Counted from the first letter of the stretch, positions 26,373 through 39,590 are shown. The stretch is DNA of 64,000 nt from Octopus sinensis (GCF_006345805.1 NC_043001.1:43028001-43092000), one strand, 5' to 3'. Numbers and translations are program-made. Notes: generated by a model from the letters alone, not told the origin.

Positions 26373-27893
26373 CTATTAGAAAGATTTACTCTTATTAGAT
26401 TTTAGAACTGTACAGAATTAAAAACTATTAATAATTTTGAATGAGATTTCAAATATACTACATGATTTAATTATGTTAACCACGTAAATTCTGATTGTGA
26501 TATTTGAGACAAATATGTGTAGTGGAAGGTCCTGTAAAGTCACATGTTCTTTTTATATAATGTGGCATGGTTAATGTTTTCTCAAAAATAAATAACATTT
26601 ATATTTCATTAACATAATTTATGATCCAGTTCACCAGATTAATAGTGGATATAAATGGATAAGTGTGGGGATGGTAAAATTCTCAATACATGCAGATTGA
26701 CAAATGAATAATTGATGATAAAATTGGGCGCATGAATATTTCTCACATATTTTCATTTGTTTTGTATTATCTGTCCTCATCATCATCATCTACTTTATCT
26801 AGTGTGATGAGTTGGCAGAATCATTAGAGTATAAAAAAAAATGTCATACAGTATTTGTTATGGCTCTTTACATTTTGCATTCCAATCCCATTGAGGTCAG
26901 TTTTGTCTTTCATCCTTCAGGGATTGATAGACTAGAATTAAAATACCAGTCAAGTTAAAGGGTTGACATGATCAACTGTTCTCACCCAAAAGAAAAATTT
27001 CTGAACTTGTATCTAGGTAACAAATTTGTGAAGTAAGACAAAAATTGAAAAATAAAACTATATAGTCTTTCAATTAACTTCTGTATTGATCAATTCAAAA
27101 GATTCAAGAAAGCACAGCATGGTTTGTATAATTTATGTTTTTTTTTTTTCTCCTCTGTTAATTGGAACTTATTATTGTTGAATGATCCTGGTCAGCTCTG
27201 ATCAAGTAGATCTATTAAAGAAAAATAGCTGATCAAAAGAATTGTTTGATCAGTACTCTAGACATTGCCATCTTGAATTTATTGTTAGCATGATGTCTGA
27301 AAATGTAGGATGTAAACATCTGATCCTCATCTTCAAGAGAGTGTTACGTAGTTTGAGATTGTTTGCCCGTTCATGTATAGCAACTCCATTTTTCACTTGT
27401 AAAGTATTGATTCAAGAGTATATTCAAAAAGTGTTGGAATATTGTTTAATGCTTATATTTCATATAACGTAGGAAGAGATGCAATGCTACTCCATGCTAT
27501 ATATGGGTAGACAGACTGGTGTGGTGGAGAGATAGATAAGACGATGATGAGGGACTAGGGCATATCCCCAAGGTAATGTGTCCAAGGGAGTATGGTGACA
27601 TAATTAGGGAGGGCAAGTAGAAGTTGCACATATAATTTTATACAGAAACATGTGTGTGTGTGTATTATGAATATATCATTTTATATATATATAAACATGT
27701 GTGTGTGTGTAATTATATATAATTGTATGTGCATTGAAGTAGTCAAAAAGTTTCACATGAGAAAATTTATATTAGAAATAAATGAAGCAAAAGTTTTGAA
27801 AATGTTATCAGGAAAAAAAAGGACAAAATATTTACATTTTTGTCAAAAGATCATACTAGTTTCAATTGTTAATATGCTATAATCATAGAAAAA

Positions 27894-28630
27894 GAATGAA
27901 CTGAATTAATCTTTTGTGCTAGCAGTTTTGAAACTTTATATGGTTTTCTTACAAAATTTACAAGGCCATTGTGTTATATATATCATCCTCCTCCTCATCA
28001 TCATCATCATTTAATATCTGCTTTCCATGCTAGCATGGGTTGGACGATTTGACTGAGGGCTGGCGAACCAGATGGCTGCACCAGGCTCCATATATATATA
28101 TATATATATATATATCATCATCATCATCATCATCGTTTAACGTCCGCTTTCCATGCTAGCATGGGTTGGACGGTTCGATATAATGGAAGTGACAAAGGAG
28201 CATATTTGGCATATTTTGCTTTATGAGTTCAATAAAGGCAACAACACGATGGAAAGTGCAAGGAATATTAATGCAGTATATGGGGTTTGGGCAATAAGTG
28301 TTAGCTAGTGTCAACAGTGGTTCTAGAAATTCTGAGTCGGAAACTACAGCCTAGATGAGCTTCATCCTGGAAGGTCTGTAGAACTCAACGAGGACTTCCA
28401 GCAAACCCTGGTGGAATAAATCCCATCATAACTGTTGAGGAACAAGTAGAGAAGCTTGAATTTGTCAGTTATATATATTAAATTAGAGATATACTACATG
28501 GAAAGCGGACATTAAATGATGATGAGGAGGAGGAGGATGATATATATAACACAATGGCCTTGTAAATTTTGTAAGAAAACCATATGAAGTTTCAAAACTG
28601 CTAGCACAAAAGATTAATTCAAATTCATTC
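27894..28630. repeat. Inverted duplication: 27894-28029 vs 28497-28630
   Basis: The arms are reverse complements, including unique flank, (TA)n, (CCT/CAT)n and the start of an RTE tail. Confidence 0.9.
28179..28474 (+). repeat. Local direct duplicate of 29665-29960 (mariner fragment including its truncation junction)
   Basis: 296 bp, with only a handful of substitutions by eye. Same internal stops and same end junction gaatttgtcagttatat. Confidence 0.9.
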
Positions 28631-28814
28631 CTAAATCTAATTTTTCCCTGTAAGTTTGGATATACTCCCTAATATTATTATATATATATATATATATAAA
28701 ACTTTTTTAAAACTATTTCTAATACTTAAAGAAAACCTCTCTCATATAGTGTTTGCTCAATTCAACTCACGAAAGTATGGGGGTAAAGACATTAAAAAAT
28801 CAAATGCAAAGGTT

Positions 28815-28845
28815 ATTTGAGAACGTTTCGAGCAGATCTTCAGAA
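28815..28845 (-). ncRNA. Second, truncated hammerhead motif in the inverted PLE terminal repeat
   Basis: Minus strand reads CTGAAGA-TCTGCTC-GAAAC-GTT-CTCAAAT. Core and palindromic AACGTT stem III are present, stem II is collapsed and stem I is imperfect. Confidence 0.35.
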
Positions 28846-28909
28846 GCGATAAGAAGCCGAAAGGGTATGCTCCCACTTTCAGTGTTTTCAAATCCAAACC
28901 AAGGAGTTC

Positions 28910-28961
28910 TGAGCTGATGATAGAAATGTCGAGTTGACTAATCTTGAAACGTACGTTCTCA
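28910..28961 (+). ncRNA. Minimal type I hammerhead ribozyme motif in a PLE terminal repeat
   Basis: Stem I TGAG (28910-13) pairs with CTCA (28958-61). Core CTGATGA at 28914-20. Bulged stem II AGA..GTC/GAC..TCT. GAAA at 28946-49. Palindromic stem III ACG-TA-CGT. Cleavage triplet GTT ending at 28957. Confidence 0.6.
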
Positions 28962-29519
28962 AATAACCTTTGCATTTGATTTTTTAATGTCTTTACCCCC
29001 ATACTTTCATGAGTTGAATTGAGCAAACACTATATGAGAGAGGTTTTCTTTAAGTATTAGAAATAGTTTTAAAAAGGTTTTTTTAGCTACTATTTCTAAT
29101 GAGTTCAGTATGCGGCAAAGTAATTTATTTTACTAAGCCCTTTTATATAATGTAATAATTTGAATTCGCCTTAAATGGTCCCTTTGCATACTGAATACTT
29201 GGTGAAATTGATTAATAATTAATTAATTTTACCCTCAATTGTTGAAAGTATATATATATATATATAGTCATTTTTTGTTTTCATTTTTCTTGCTTTTGTT
29301 TTGCTTTTGGTTTTATTCAATTTTGTTTTGGGTTTATCTTCTTCACTTAGCATTTGTGTAATTTACTCTGCCACCCTATTTAAGAATCATTTCCTATTGC
29401 AGCTGTACCAATGATACCTAGTCTTATAATTTGGATTACATCTTGTTACCTGTTATAGTTTGTTTATTTGCAATCGCTGGTTACTAGTTCTAACTATTTC
29501 TGTTAACTGTTTTGTATTG

Positions 29520-29960
29520 GGTCATAAACTAAAAGTTGGAGGGAGATGGAATAAACTACCTGCATCAACTTGCTATAAAAGCAGGTAGTAATTTTACCTT
29601 GTCCTTACTCTTAGTGCAAGTTTTGAAGAGTGCAGTTCGATTTTAACAGTTAGCTTTTCAAAGCTATAATGGAAGTGACAAAGGAGCATATTTGGCATAT
29701 TTTGCTTTATGAGTTCAATAAAGGCAACAACACGATGGAAAGTGCAAGGAATATTAATGCAGTATATGGGGTTCAGTCAATAAGTGTTAGCTAGTGTCAA
29801 CAGTAGTTCCAGAAATTCTGAGCCGGAAACTACAGCCTAGATGAGCTTCATCCTGGAAGGTCTGTAGAACTCAACGAGGACTTCCAGCAAACCCTGGTGG
29901 AATAAATCCCACCATAACTGTTGAGGAACAAGTAGAGAAGCTTGAATTTGTCAGTTATAT
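29520..29960 (+). mobile_element. Mariner 5' fragment, same family, with premature stops
   Basis: Leader plus MEVTKEHIWHILLYEFNKGNNTMESARNINAVYG, followed by stops. Confidence 0.85.
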
Positions 29961-29982
29961 TTAACTTTCCATTTCGTTAGTT

Positions 29983-30731
29983 ATGGAGCTTTCAGGTAAG
30001 ATAAAACTGCTATTTTGGAATTCATCTTTGAAAGATGTTCCTATACCATCTAGAAAAGAATATACTTTGAAACTAATTAATAATGTTAAAAATTTTATTA
30101 ATAGGATTAAATGGAAAGCCTACTACAATAATTGTAATATATCTAATATTAACGATGTTGAGAGTACTAATTATATTATTTTAATAGGGAAATACAGGGT
30201 TTAGAAGGTAATATTTGGAAAGTAGTGAAAAATATTAAATTTCATAGATACCCAAATAGGCACAATGAATATTTAAGAAATCTAGCTATAAAAATAACAG
30301 AAATGAGAAGTATGGATGGAATTATAGTACAATCAGATAAAACTAGGAACCTGTGTAAACTAGATGTTAAATCATATGATAATTTATTGGAAAAAGAAAT
30401 AAATAAAAAATATAAAATTGTTCCTGAAAATACTCTTAATAATATAAATAAAGCCTCTAAATTAATCATGATGAAATATGAGTTAGACAATAAAACTGAA
30501 CCTTATGTACCTATGTACTCTTTACTCTTTTACTTGTTTCAGTCATTTGACTGCGGCCATGCTGGAGCACCGCCTTTAGTTGAGCAAATCGACCCCGGGA
30601 CTTATTCTTTGTAAGCCCAGTACTTATTCTATCGGTCTCTTTTGCCGAACCGCTAAGTGACGGGGACGTAAACACACCAGCATCGGTTGTCAAGCAATGC
30701 TAGGGGGAGAAACACAGAAACACAAACATAT

Positions 30732-30770
<39 letters not shown>

Positions 30771-31400
30771 TATGACAGGCTTCTTTCAGTTTCTGTCTAC
30801 CAAATCCACTCACAAGGCATTGGTCGGCCCGGGGCTATAGCAGAAGATACTTGCCCAAGATGCCACGCAGTGGGACTGAACCCGGAATCATGTGGTTGGT
30901 TAGCAAGCTACTTACCACACAGCCACTCCTGCGCCTAGAATTACTTTAAAAAACCAAAAAATAATTTTTATTCTGACCCAAAAGTTAGACTTATTTGTCC
31001 ATGTAAATCAGATCTAGGTAAATTAAGTAAGATCATTTTAGATAAATATATCAATAGATTAAATGAACTTAATTATCTAAAACTTTGGAGTAGTACTAAT
31101 GATACTTTAAAATGGTTTTATAATACTAAAGATAAAAATAGATATAAATTCATTCAAATAGATATAGATAATTATTATTGTTCTATAAATGAGACTGTAC
31201 TAAATAAGGCCCTAATTTATGCAATGAATAAGGTTGGAATGACTTATGATGAAGTTAAGGTAGTTAAAGCGGCTAGGAAATCATTGATTAGATATAGTAA
31301 TAAATTGTGGGCTAGGAAGGATACTGGAGATTATTTTGATATACCTATGGGGGCACCTTATTCTGCACAGGTGACTGACTTAGTAGGTATTTACTTATTA
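29983..31400 (+). mobile_element. Penelope-like element reverse transcriptase, decayed, 3'-truncated and interrupted by a SINE
   Basis: Motifs typical of PLE RT: SLKDVPIPSRKEY..INRIKWKAYY, SDKTRNLCK..YDNLL, ITLKNQKNNF..PKVRLICPCKSDLGKLSK, KFIQIDI, FDIPMGAPYSAQVTDLVGIYLL. Frameshifted. The frame YVP|RITLK is continuous across the SINE. Confidence 0.88.
30495..30936 (-). mobile_element. Full-length tRNA-derived SINE (family A) inserted into the PLE ORF
   Basis: Same structure as the 13794 copy; a short CCTA duplication is seen at both junctions. Confidence 0.92.
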
Positions 31401-34400
31401 TTGGAACTTCAATTAGAAAAATTAAATTGCTCGTGTTTTCTGTGTTGAAGTTAAGCCCACCTCTGACATTGTATTGAAATCTTCTACATTCCCTGTGCCA
31501 ACTATTACCCATTAAGATGTTATATCTGGTTCAGCAGGGATTTTACCTGGTTAATGCCTTCGACATACTCCTACATATTGGACTGTCTGAAATTGTAGTC
31601 AAACGTTTGGGTGTACCTCGCCCCAGTGACAGTGATATTTGTTTATTTCTCTCCTCTTAATGCCACCCTCTGCACAAAATTGATCAGCATGTCCAATCTC
31701 AGCAAAATCTGAAGAAAAGTGTTAAGGTTATGTCATAAAATAGAATCCATGTGACCATTTACATGAAAATATCCCATTGACTTTTAAATCCCAATACTTT
31801 ATATGAATAATCGATGTTTCATATGTCAAAGTGCTTAATTTTACTCATGGGTCAATTTTCTTCAAAATCAGTTCATTATTTTATTGTGAGTGAATTTTGA
31901 CGATTTCTGCCTTTCACCAGTTTAATTTTAATTCTACTACATGACTCTGGCCATAAATTTTACCTGAATGTCAAATTTATCAAAATCAGATTAATTCTGT
32001 AAAATTTACAGCATAAAATATTAATGCTATGGGTAATTGCATACAAAAAGCCTATTTATTTCTTAAAATCCCCCGCTCATGCACAATTATCAATTTTTTC
32101 TCAACTCTTCATGCTGGCATCCACTAATGGACTGTAATCACATGTAAAATTTCTAAAAAATCGATAAGAATGTCTCTAAGGAAATGCTTATTTGCATTTG
32201 TTCCCTTTTCAAGCCCCTTTCAATTAAACACCTTCATTGTCTCCCCATAACAAAATTTACCTACATCTCAAATTTCATTAAAAAAAAGCCAGGTCATAGT
32301 GCTAGTTTTGTGCTAAATCCCTTTCTTTGTTTTCGGAAATTATGTTCACCTTTCTATTGCATATGTTTTTTAATGCATTTGACTGAGCCTCTGCAGATTC
32401 TGAGCCCACCCAGAGGTGCAGCTGCACTGGGTAATTAATCATCGCAAATTTGACGGCTTTGTTGAAGATGAAGGGGACGGATGTTAGAAAATCGATAAAG
32501 ACCACCATGAAAGCAAACCTTCACCAACAAAATGAAATGAATAATCAGGGCTGACAAAGTTTTCAAATTTCCTAGCAAGCAGAAAATTGTGACTGGAAAT
32601 TAATTAGCATCTCAATTTTCAGTTGTATCTCAAAACACAAAAGCATGAAATTACGCTTAAGAAAATCTTTGTATCTTAGGTCATTTGTACCTCAAGTTAA
32701 GGCTAAAAGAAAAGGTTGCAGTCAATTTAAATGCAGAAACCCACAAGGAATAGTTTTATTGAGTTTCCACTGATTGATTGGCAATTTTGGTAAACTAGAA
32801 TCAAATTAAGATTTCTTGCACCAAAAGGATCACCCTGATAACCCTATACCCCTGCTGTGTAGGTAGCAAATGATTCGATCTTAGGCTGAATGCAAACAAA
32901 TAAACGTTTTTTATGAAAATCCCTTGGGGGGTCAACTTACCCATTTTTCATCTTTAATCCTACTTGACTAAAACATCCTGGGCTCTCACTGGATAACTTA
33001 AATCAACCGAAAGCTTAAAAGTAAAGCCCTTCCTAAATAGATTCATTGAATAGGCTCCAACTCTCTTATGGCATACTTAAGAAATGATAACATTTCAAGC
33101 ATATTTGGTCTTCCATGAAAATTCCGCTCTCTTGTCATTCACTTAGTGAGATAAACAAAACTATACATACAGAAATAGTGACATATGTACAGTAAACTTC
33201 CTAAATAACAGTAACCTTAGTGATTTGAGTTTTCCATTGTCTAGGAATTTCTTTTTAGATACATTTATTTAAAATGGACACAGTAAATAAAGAATAAAAA
33301 AAGTATAATAGATATCGCTTCATTAGCTGTTAAATGCTGAAGCAGACATAAACAAGTTAGCATGATGCTAGAAATTTTCTTTGTAGTTCAATAATCTCCA
33401 AAAGTGCTGTTTGCTTGGCTTTTCTATTATTCTGGTTGTTGTTATTTAAAATGTTTCCTGTATATCTAAAATTCATTCTTACTCTCTTGTTCACTCTCCA
33501 CTCACTCACTCTCTCACTCACACACACAATCAGAATGTTATAAATAAAAATATTGTAACACAAACAGGCATAATTACCCCATACAATTTAAAGAAACTTC
33601 AGACTATGCAGGTTTCAAGTAATTAGTAACTTTCTATCCACTGCTACACCTCTGATTATGTTGTTTAAATCCATTGATATCTGTGATATCTCAAACTAAC
33701 CAAACACTACTGAATATTAAATGTATTTAATATATAGCATAATCTCCAAAAAGTATCATCTGCAACAATTTACTTTACATATTATATTAAGTTTGATTAT
33801 TTAGGAAATGAAGAATTTGACATAGTTTATACCATGATGTCAGAGATTATTAATGAGAGAGGTATTCAGTATATTGGAGGTGCTCTCTTTCACTTTGCAA
33901 GCTACAAGGTGTCCCCCTAATAGATTTTAATCAATTAAACTGTTTCTGATATAATTTTGTACAAAAATTATTTTCTGCAGATTTTACTATGTATTGAAAT
34001 AGCTTTCATTCATATTCATCTACAAAATCTTTTTACAATTTTATAGCTAATTTACCCATATCAGTTAAGTCCATTGTCTAGTGGACACTATCTAAACTTA
34101 TTTGTATTGATTTTTGAGCAGATGGCAGATCTGTAGCACAGTTCACATGCAAGCCATCTTAACACTGAAGAGAACTGATTTCAAGACTTGAGACTCATGC
34201 CTAATTGAAGAAAGCCTTTTTCTGGTTTCAAAAAAAAGCATCCAGTTCACTTTATATTTGGTAATCAATTTAAACACTGACAATGCATGGGTTGAGAAAG
34301 AGGTTGCCGATGACAAAGCAGCTTCTATAGTGCTGGTGCCATAAGAAATGCACCCAAATACACTTTATAACTGGTTGGTATTGGGAAGGGCATCCAGCAG

Positions 34401-35534
34401 CAGAAATCATGCCAAAAATGAAACATTGGAGAAAGATGTGATCTGTTGACCAGTCAATCTATTCTACCTGTGCCAGCATGGAATGAGAATGTTTGATGAT
34501 GATGATGATGTTGATGTCGTTGTTGTTGTTGTTGTATGAAGAAAGTCACAGCAAGCTGAGTTGATAGAATGTAGGCTGTGGTCAACGTTTTACATCCAGT
34601 CATTTCACACTGTTCATAAGTTAGAAAACCGTTATATTAAAATAGTACCTTTCTTAGCCTAGTTTTATATAGTTCTATCTACAGGTACAGTATATTGCTG
34701 TAAGCAGTGGGAGCATTGTATATTTAACTAGAATTACCTTTATTTTACTACTTTGCAAAGTTGAGGTTAAGTTCTTCAATGAACTGTGACTAGACATCAG
34801 AAAATCAAATCTCTCTCTCTTTCTCTTTCTCCTTTCCTCCCCTTTTCTCTCTTTCTCTATCACTCTCTCAGAATACACAATTCTGTAAAGAGCAGGAATG
34901 CTAAATATTCACTCTTACTATAATACTATCAACAGCATTAGCTGTTTAAATTGTATGATTTAAGAATTTTTCCTGAAATACTCTGTGTGCTTATGTGCAT
35001 GTGTGTCTTATAGAGAAGATGATAATTATTTCAATTAGCCATTGTTTATTAACTATATATGTTAACTTCATTAAGATAGAAATGACATTTCTTTCTGTGA
35101 GTGATTGTAGTGTGTGTGTGTGTGTGTGTGTGTAAAATGTTAAAGCTACTTTGAGAGTATCATTTGTCATAGTATCTTCCTCATTAGCTACTTGTATGAC
35201 TTGTTTAATTGGATATAAATATTGCTACAAAAACTTTCATTTAGAAGATAATTTGTCTGACCCATCTAGTTTACACTACAATAAAAAAAGATAAGCTACA
35301 ATGAGAATGGTAATGTTTACCAAAGAGCTATTTTAATGACTAAATATTATCTTTGTTTACCTTGAAAAAATATCTGTTATATCTGGATGTAAACATGGCT
35401 GTATGGTTATGAAGTTCACATCAAAACCACATGATTCTGAGTTCAATACCACTGATCAGTTGACCAATACCTTGTGAGTGGAATCTGGTTTAGAGAAAGT
35501 ATCTAAAAGCTACCATATATATGTGTGTGTGTGT

Positions 35535-35915
35535 GTACCTTTTATCTTTTACTTGTTTCAGTCATTAGACTGCAACCATGCTGGTGCACCACTTTGAAGA
35601 ATTTTTAATTAGATGAATTGACCTCAGCACTTTTTTTTAAGCCTAGTATATATTCTATCAGTCTTTTTTGCCAAGCCACTAAATTACAGGAACATAAACA
35701 CACCAATACCAGTTGTCAAGCAGTGGTGGGGGACAGACACAAAGACAGGCACTCGTTCACACACGCACACATATGACAGGCTTCTTTCAGTTTCCTTCTA
35801 CCAAATCCACTACAAGGCTTTGGTTGGCCCAAGACTATAGAAGACACTTGCCTAAAGTGTCATACAGTGGGGCCGAACCCAGAACCATGTGGTTGGGAAG
35901 CAAGCTTCTTACAAC
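35535..35915 (-). mobile_element. Diverged SINE family A copy
   Basis: Recognisable tail, body and head motifs in reverse orientation. Further diverged copies or fragments lie near 4230-4380, 6380-6470, 9860-9990, 23215-23390, 44360-44520, 50450-50600 and 51850-52150. Confidence 0.75.
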
Positions 35916-36209
35916 ATCCACTTCTAGATAGGTAGATAGATTCACACACACGTGCACACACATACATATGACAGGCTTCCATAGTTACTTTCAATCAAAC
36001 GTGTGTGTGTGTGTGTCTTAGTCTTGCCATTGCATGATAGTTGGCAAATGGTGTCCTTCATTTCCAATCTCCCATGAAATCCTGATTGGCCATGAGGAAA
36101 TATTTCTTGGAAACAGGTCAGGGCAGCAACAGGAAGGGCATCCAGCTATAAAATGTCTGTCTCAATGAATTCCATCTGATTTGTAGAAACATAGAAAAGT
36201 GAAACTTAA

Positions 36210-36424
36210 TCCTTTAGAATTCAGATTACTTTGTCAAAATGATAATAATAAATAAATATTCACATTGTTTTGAACTAATCCTATAGCTTTGAGATTTTGA
36301 TGATGTGGTTATTTATTTTTAAAATGACATTATAGGGTAAGTTTGAGAAGCTGAATCTGGCCAATTTGAGTATTAAATAGGTAGAATATTTGAGCCTGAT
36401 ATGGCCTGTTTAAATCTTTAAGGG
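36210..36424. mobile_element. piggyBac-like MITE (second family)
   Basis: TTAA-flanked with cctttag/taaggg termini. A related copy in opposite orientation lies at 45611-45835, and another TTAA-type MITE at about 3681-3849. Confidence 0.75.
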
Positions 36425-37974
36425 TTAAAATGGTGCTTCAGCTGATGATATGTCATTCTCTCCTGTTGCACCCCTCAATTGTGTTTGCCTTGCAAGAGTG
36501 AGAGTAACATTGCTTTGTATTCTGCGGAATGAGAAAATGCACCTAGCCATAGAAACTGTGCCAAAAATAGTATATATGAGCATGATGTGTTCCTGTAGCT
36601 CATTTACAAAGACAGTAACTCCACATATGGACTAACTTCAACTGAGATAGCCCATCCAGCCCATGCCAGCATGGAAAGCAGATGTAATTTGAAATGATGA
36701 TAATGATTGTAATGGCTGTAATTGTGTATATATGTGTGTGTCTATGTTCATATATGTGAAAAATTCAATGAAATTTTTAAAAGTGTAAATGCAATGTAAA
36801 TTAGCAGTTTGGCTAAAGGTTTTGGTTGTGCTCACATCAATTAAACTGTTTCTGATATAATTTTGTACAAAAATTATTTTCTTCAGATTTTACTATGTAT
36901 TAAAAGCTAATTTACCCATATCAGTTAAGTCCATTGTCTAGTAGACACTATCTAAACCTATTTGTATTGCTTTTTGAGCAGATGGCAAATCTGTAGCACA
37001 TAGTTCACGTGTAAACCATCTTAACACCGAAAAGAACTGATTTCAAGACAAGAGACCCATGCCTAGTTGAAGAAAGTTTTGGGCTTTACTTTAACCACAT
37101 TGCCAAAGAGAATTCATTATTTTTCTTTATAAGAGTGTACCAATTTACAATTTCAATAATTTCTAGTTTAATAGGATTTATTTATAGTTTGGATTATTGA
37201 GATTTTTAAGAATATCCAAGCATTTCCTCTCAAGGATTGAGATGTTTCAATTTATTAATTTATTTATCATTATCATTTTATTTTGCCCTTCCTTTAATTT
37301 GTACAAGGTGCACTCCAGTCTCAACCAAAGGCATCAAGGGACAAGTTTTTGCATCTAAAGATTTAATCATTTTGGAAAAATTTCTATTTGAGTGTTAAGA
37401 AAGAATTCCCTTTTATAAAATTCATAATAAAACTGAGGAACATATGTAAAATATGTGAGATATCCATTAGTATGATCTTTTACAATTTGTTTATTTTGGG
37501 GCTGCCAGGAATTTGTGGAATGGAATGGTGGGGATGGATCTCGGGATGGTGAGCCTCACAGAGGAGATGACAAAGGACTGAGATGATTGGTAATTTACAG
37601 TGCTCAAGAAGATCTACCTACCCACCTATGCAAGTATAGGTTTGTTAGCTCATAGGCAGAACTGAAATTATGTAAGAAAAATGCTATGTGAACTTTAATG
37701 AGATAAAATCGGTTGATGTGGAATTATTGTTGACTACCAAAGTTCTACAAATGTCAACATAAAAATCTTCATCGAGCATTGTAATATTTTGTTTCCTTCA
37801 TCTTTAATGAGAATTCACTCACTGCAATAGTGAAAGTAATTCTCTTGCTAACTTTTCTATTACAAATATATATTCTTTTACTCTTTTACTCATTTTAGCC
37901 ATGCGGCTATGGTCAAGCTGGATTTTTTTTTTTTTTTGGATTTTGATTTTGTGACACACAATACTATGTATGTA

Positions 37975-38018
<44 letters not shown>

Positions 38019-38741
38019 ATATATATATATATATGCTACTAGTCCTGCTAGTCTTCAAATACAGCTGCACTTGGGAGCATTTACTGTTTATTTCCTCTCA
38101 TTTATTTCTCTTTATTTGCTGAATACTTTTAATAGGCTATTAATGAATGATCTTTAATTTACAACCAATATCCTCTCTAACCTTTTATTGCAACCCAGCT
38201 ACAATGTATTATATGATTTATAAGATTTTTCTGAAAATGAGAATGAAGTTCACATTAAATTTACATCTTGCCTAGAAAATAATTTTTATATATTAGTAAT
38301 GAGTTTTAAGGATTCACATAGATTCCTCACTTTTGCATTATTATTCATTTGTCATTAAATCAGTCATAATAAAGATTTCTGAGTATGAAGCCACAAACAA
38401 GTGGGTAGTGTCAATTAAATCATCTACAGTACTTGACTGGTTCTTACTTTAATTGATCCATAAAGTCATCTTCAGCAGGATTTGAATTATGAACATGAAG
38501 AACTATAATAAATACTGCAAAGCATTTTGTCTGCTGCTCTGCCAATTCTTGGTACCCCACCGTACTTAATAGTGATAATATCAATTATAATATTTTTAAT
38601 TCCATATAAAGTGGCAGTTGTAACTTGATTGGGTAGGAGGATCTCACAGAGCAACAAAGAGACTCCACAAACAAATCAATAACAAATAAAATAATAATTA
38701 TAATCAATAAGAGAAATAGCAATGAGAAAATAAATCCTTAC

Positions 38742-38771
38742 TTGGGAAGTAGCCATTGAGAATGGATAAGT
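38742..38771 (-). other. Orphan 30-nt micro-exon candidate
   Basis: Acceptor ttactttgcttatcacag| and donor CAA|GTAAGG; all three frames are open. Confidence 0.22.
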
Positions 38772-39019
38772 CTGTGATAAGCAAAGTAACTAATGGTAGC
38801 TAACCACTCAATACTTAAAACTAAAATTCTAATCAATGCAACATAGCACCAAACTATATTCACAAGATGTGCTGTACATACATGACACTAGCAGTAAAAT
38901 AATATAAAGGAGGAAGGAGTAGAGTTATGAAGTATGTGAGTTTTTGAAGATTTTTAGTTCCAGATTATTAAAAGAAAAATATGTAGGCCTAAAGAAGATA
39001 ACTATAAGAATGAATAGCT

Positions 39020-39590
39020 GTCATCACCATCATCATTATTTCATGTGTTTTTTTCCATACTTGCATGGGTTAAATGAATATTTCCCAGCACATCATCTTG
39101 CTACTTGTTGCAGTCACTTGTCATCTCCTTCATGGGGTTCATCATTTTAAGATTAACCTTCACAACTTCTCACCATGCTTTTCTCACTCTTCCTTTTCCA
39201 TAGGCTTCTCCCACTTAAATCACTTGGAACTTCTTTACCCCAGTGTCATTCTTCATATGATTACATGGCTACACCAGCTCAGTCTTCCATTTTGTATACT
39301 ACAACAGATTCCTCTTATATCAAGGCTTTCTATCAACTCATTTGTATTCTGTTGGTAACACACACTAGCATTACACACCCATCAAATCAAGCTCACTCCA
39401 TTTCTTTCCATCCCTGACATATCCTCTGCATTTTGTGTCCATGTTTTACTACCATTCAACATTACACTCTGTACAATGTTGAAAGGTAGTAAAACAGTTT
39501 CATTTTGAGAGAGACTCTCGTTGTTGCAGCAGAGCTTTTCAAACCTGTTGTTTGCTATTCTAGCTACCATGCTTTCAGAGCACTAACCTT
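39020..39590 (-). mobile_element. Old RTE ORF2 C-terminal remnant
   Basis: VMLNGSKTWTQNAEDMSGMERNGVSLI matches the 58311 ORF region; many stops. A similar remnant lies at 56660-57110 (-). Confidence 0.75.

Larger units (their letters stand above)
28701..29078. repeat. About 128-bp near-perfect inverted repeat (28701-28829 vs 28951-29078), head-to-head PLE pseudo-LTRs
   Basis: The arms are reverse complements with a few mismatches, and each begins at the GAAAC..GTTCTCAAAT end of a hammerhead motif. Confidence 0.8.
33930..37076 (+). repeat. Dispersed direct repeat: 33930-34214 vs 36836-37076
   Basis: High similarity. The second copy lacks about 45 bp between two tagct microhomologies. Confidence 0.88.

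Noticed and set aside
28757-29026. 89-aa minus-strand ORF initially suspected to be a GIY-YIG fragment
   Set aside because: It is antisense to the hammerhead-bearing pLTR, runs through the inverted repeat, and has no GIY-YIG motif.
37508-37548. Plus-strand exon-like segment with ATG|GTGAGC donor
   Set aside because: One frame reads DLGMVSLTEEMTKD*DDW, which matches the RTE ORF2 C-terminus; it is a LINE remnant.
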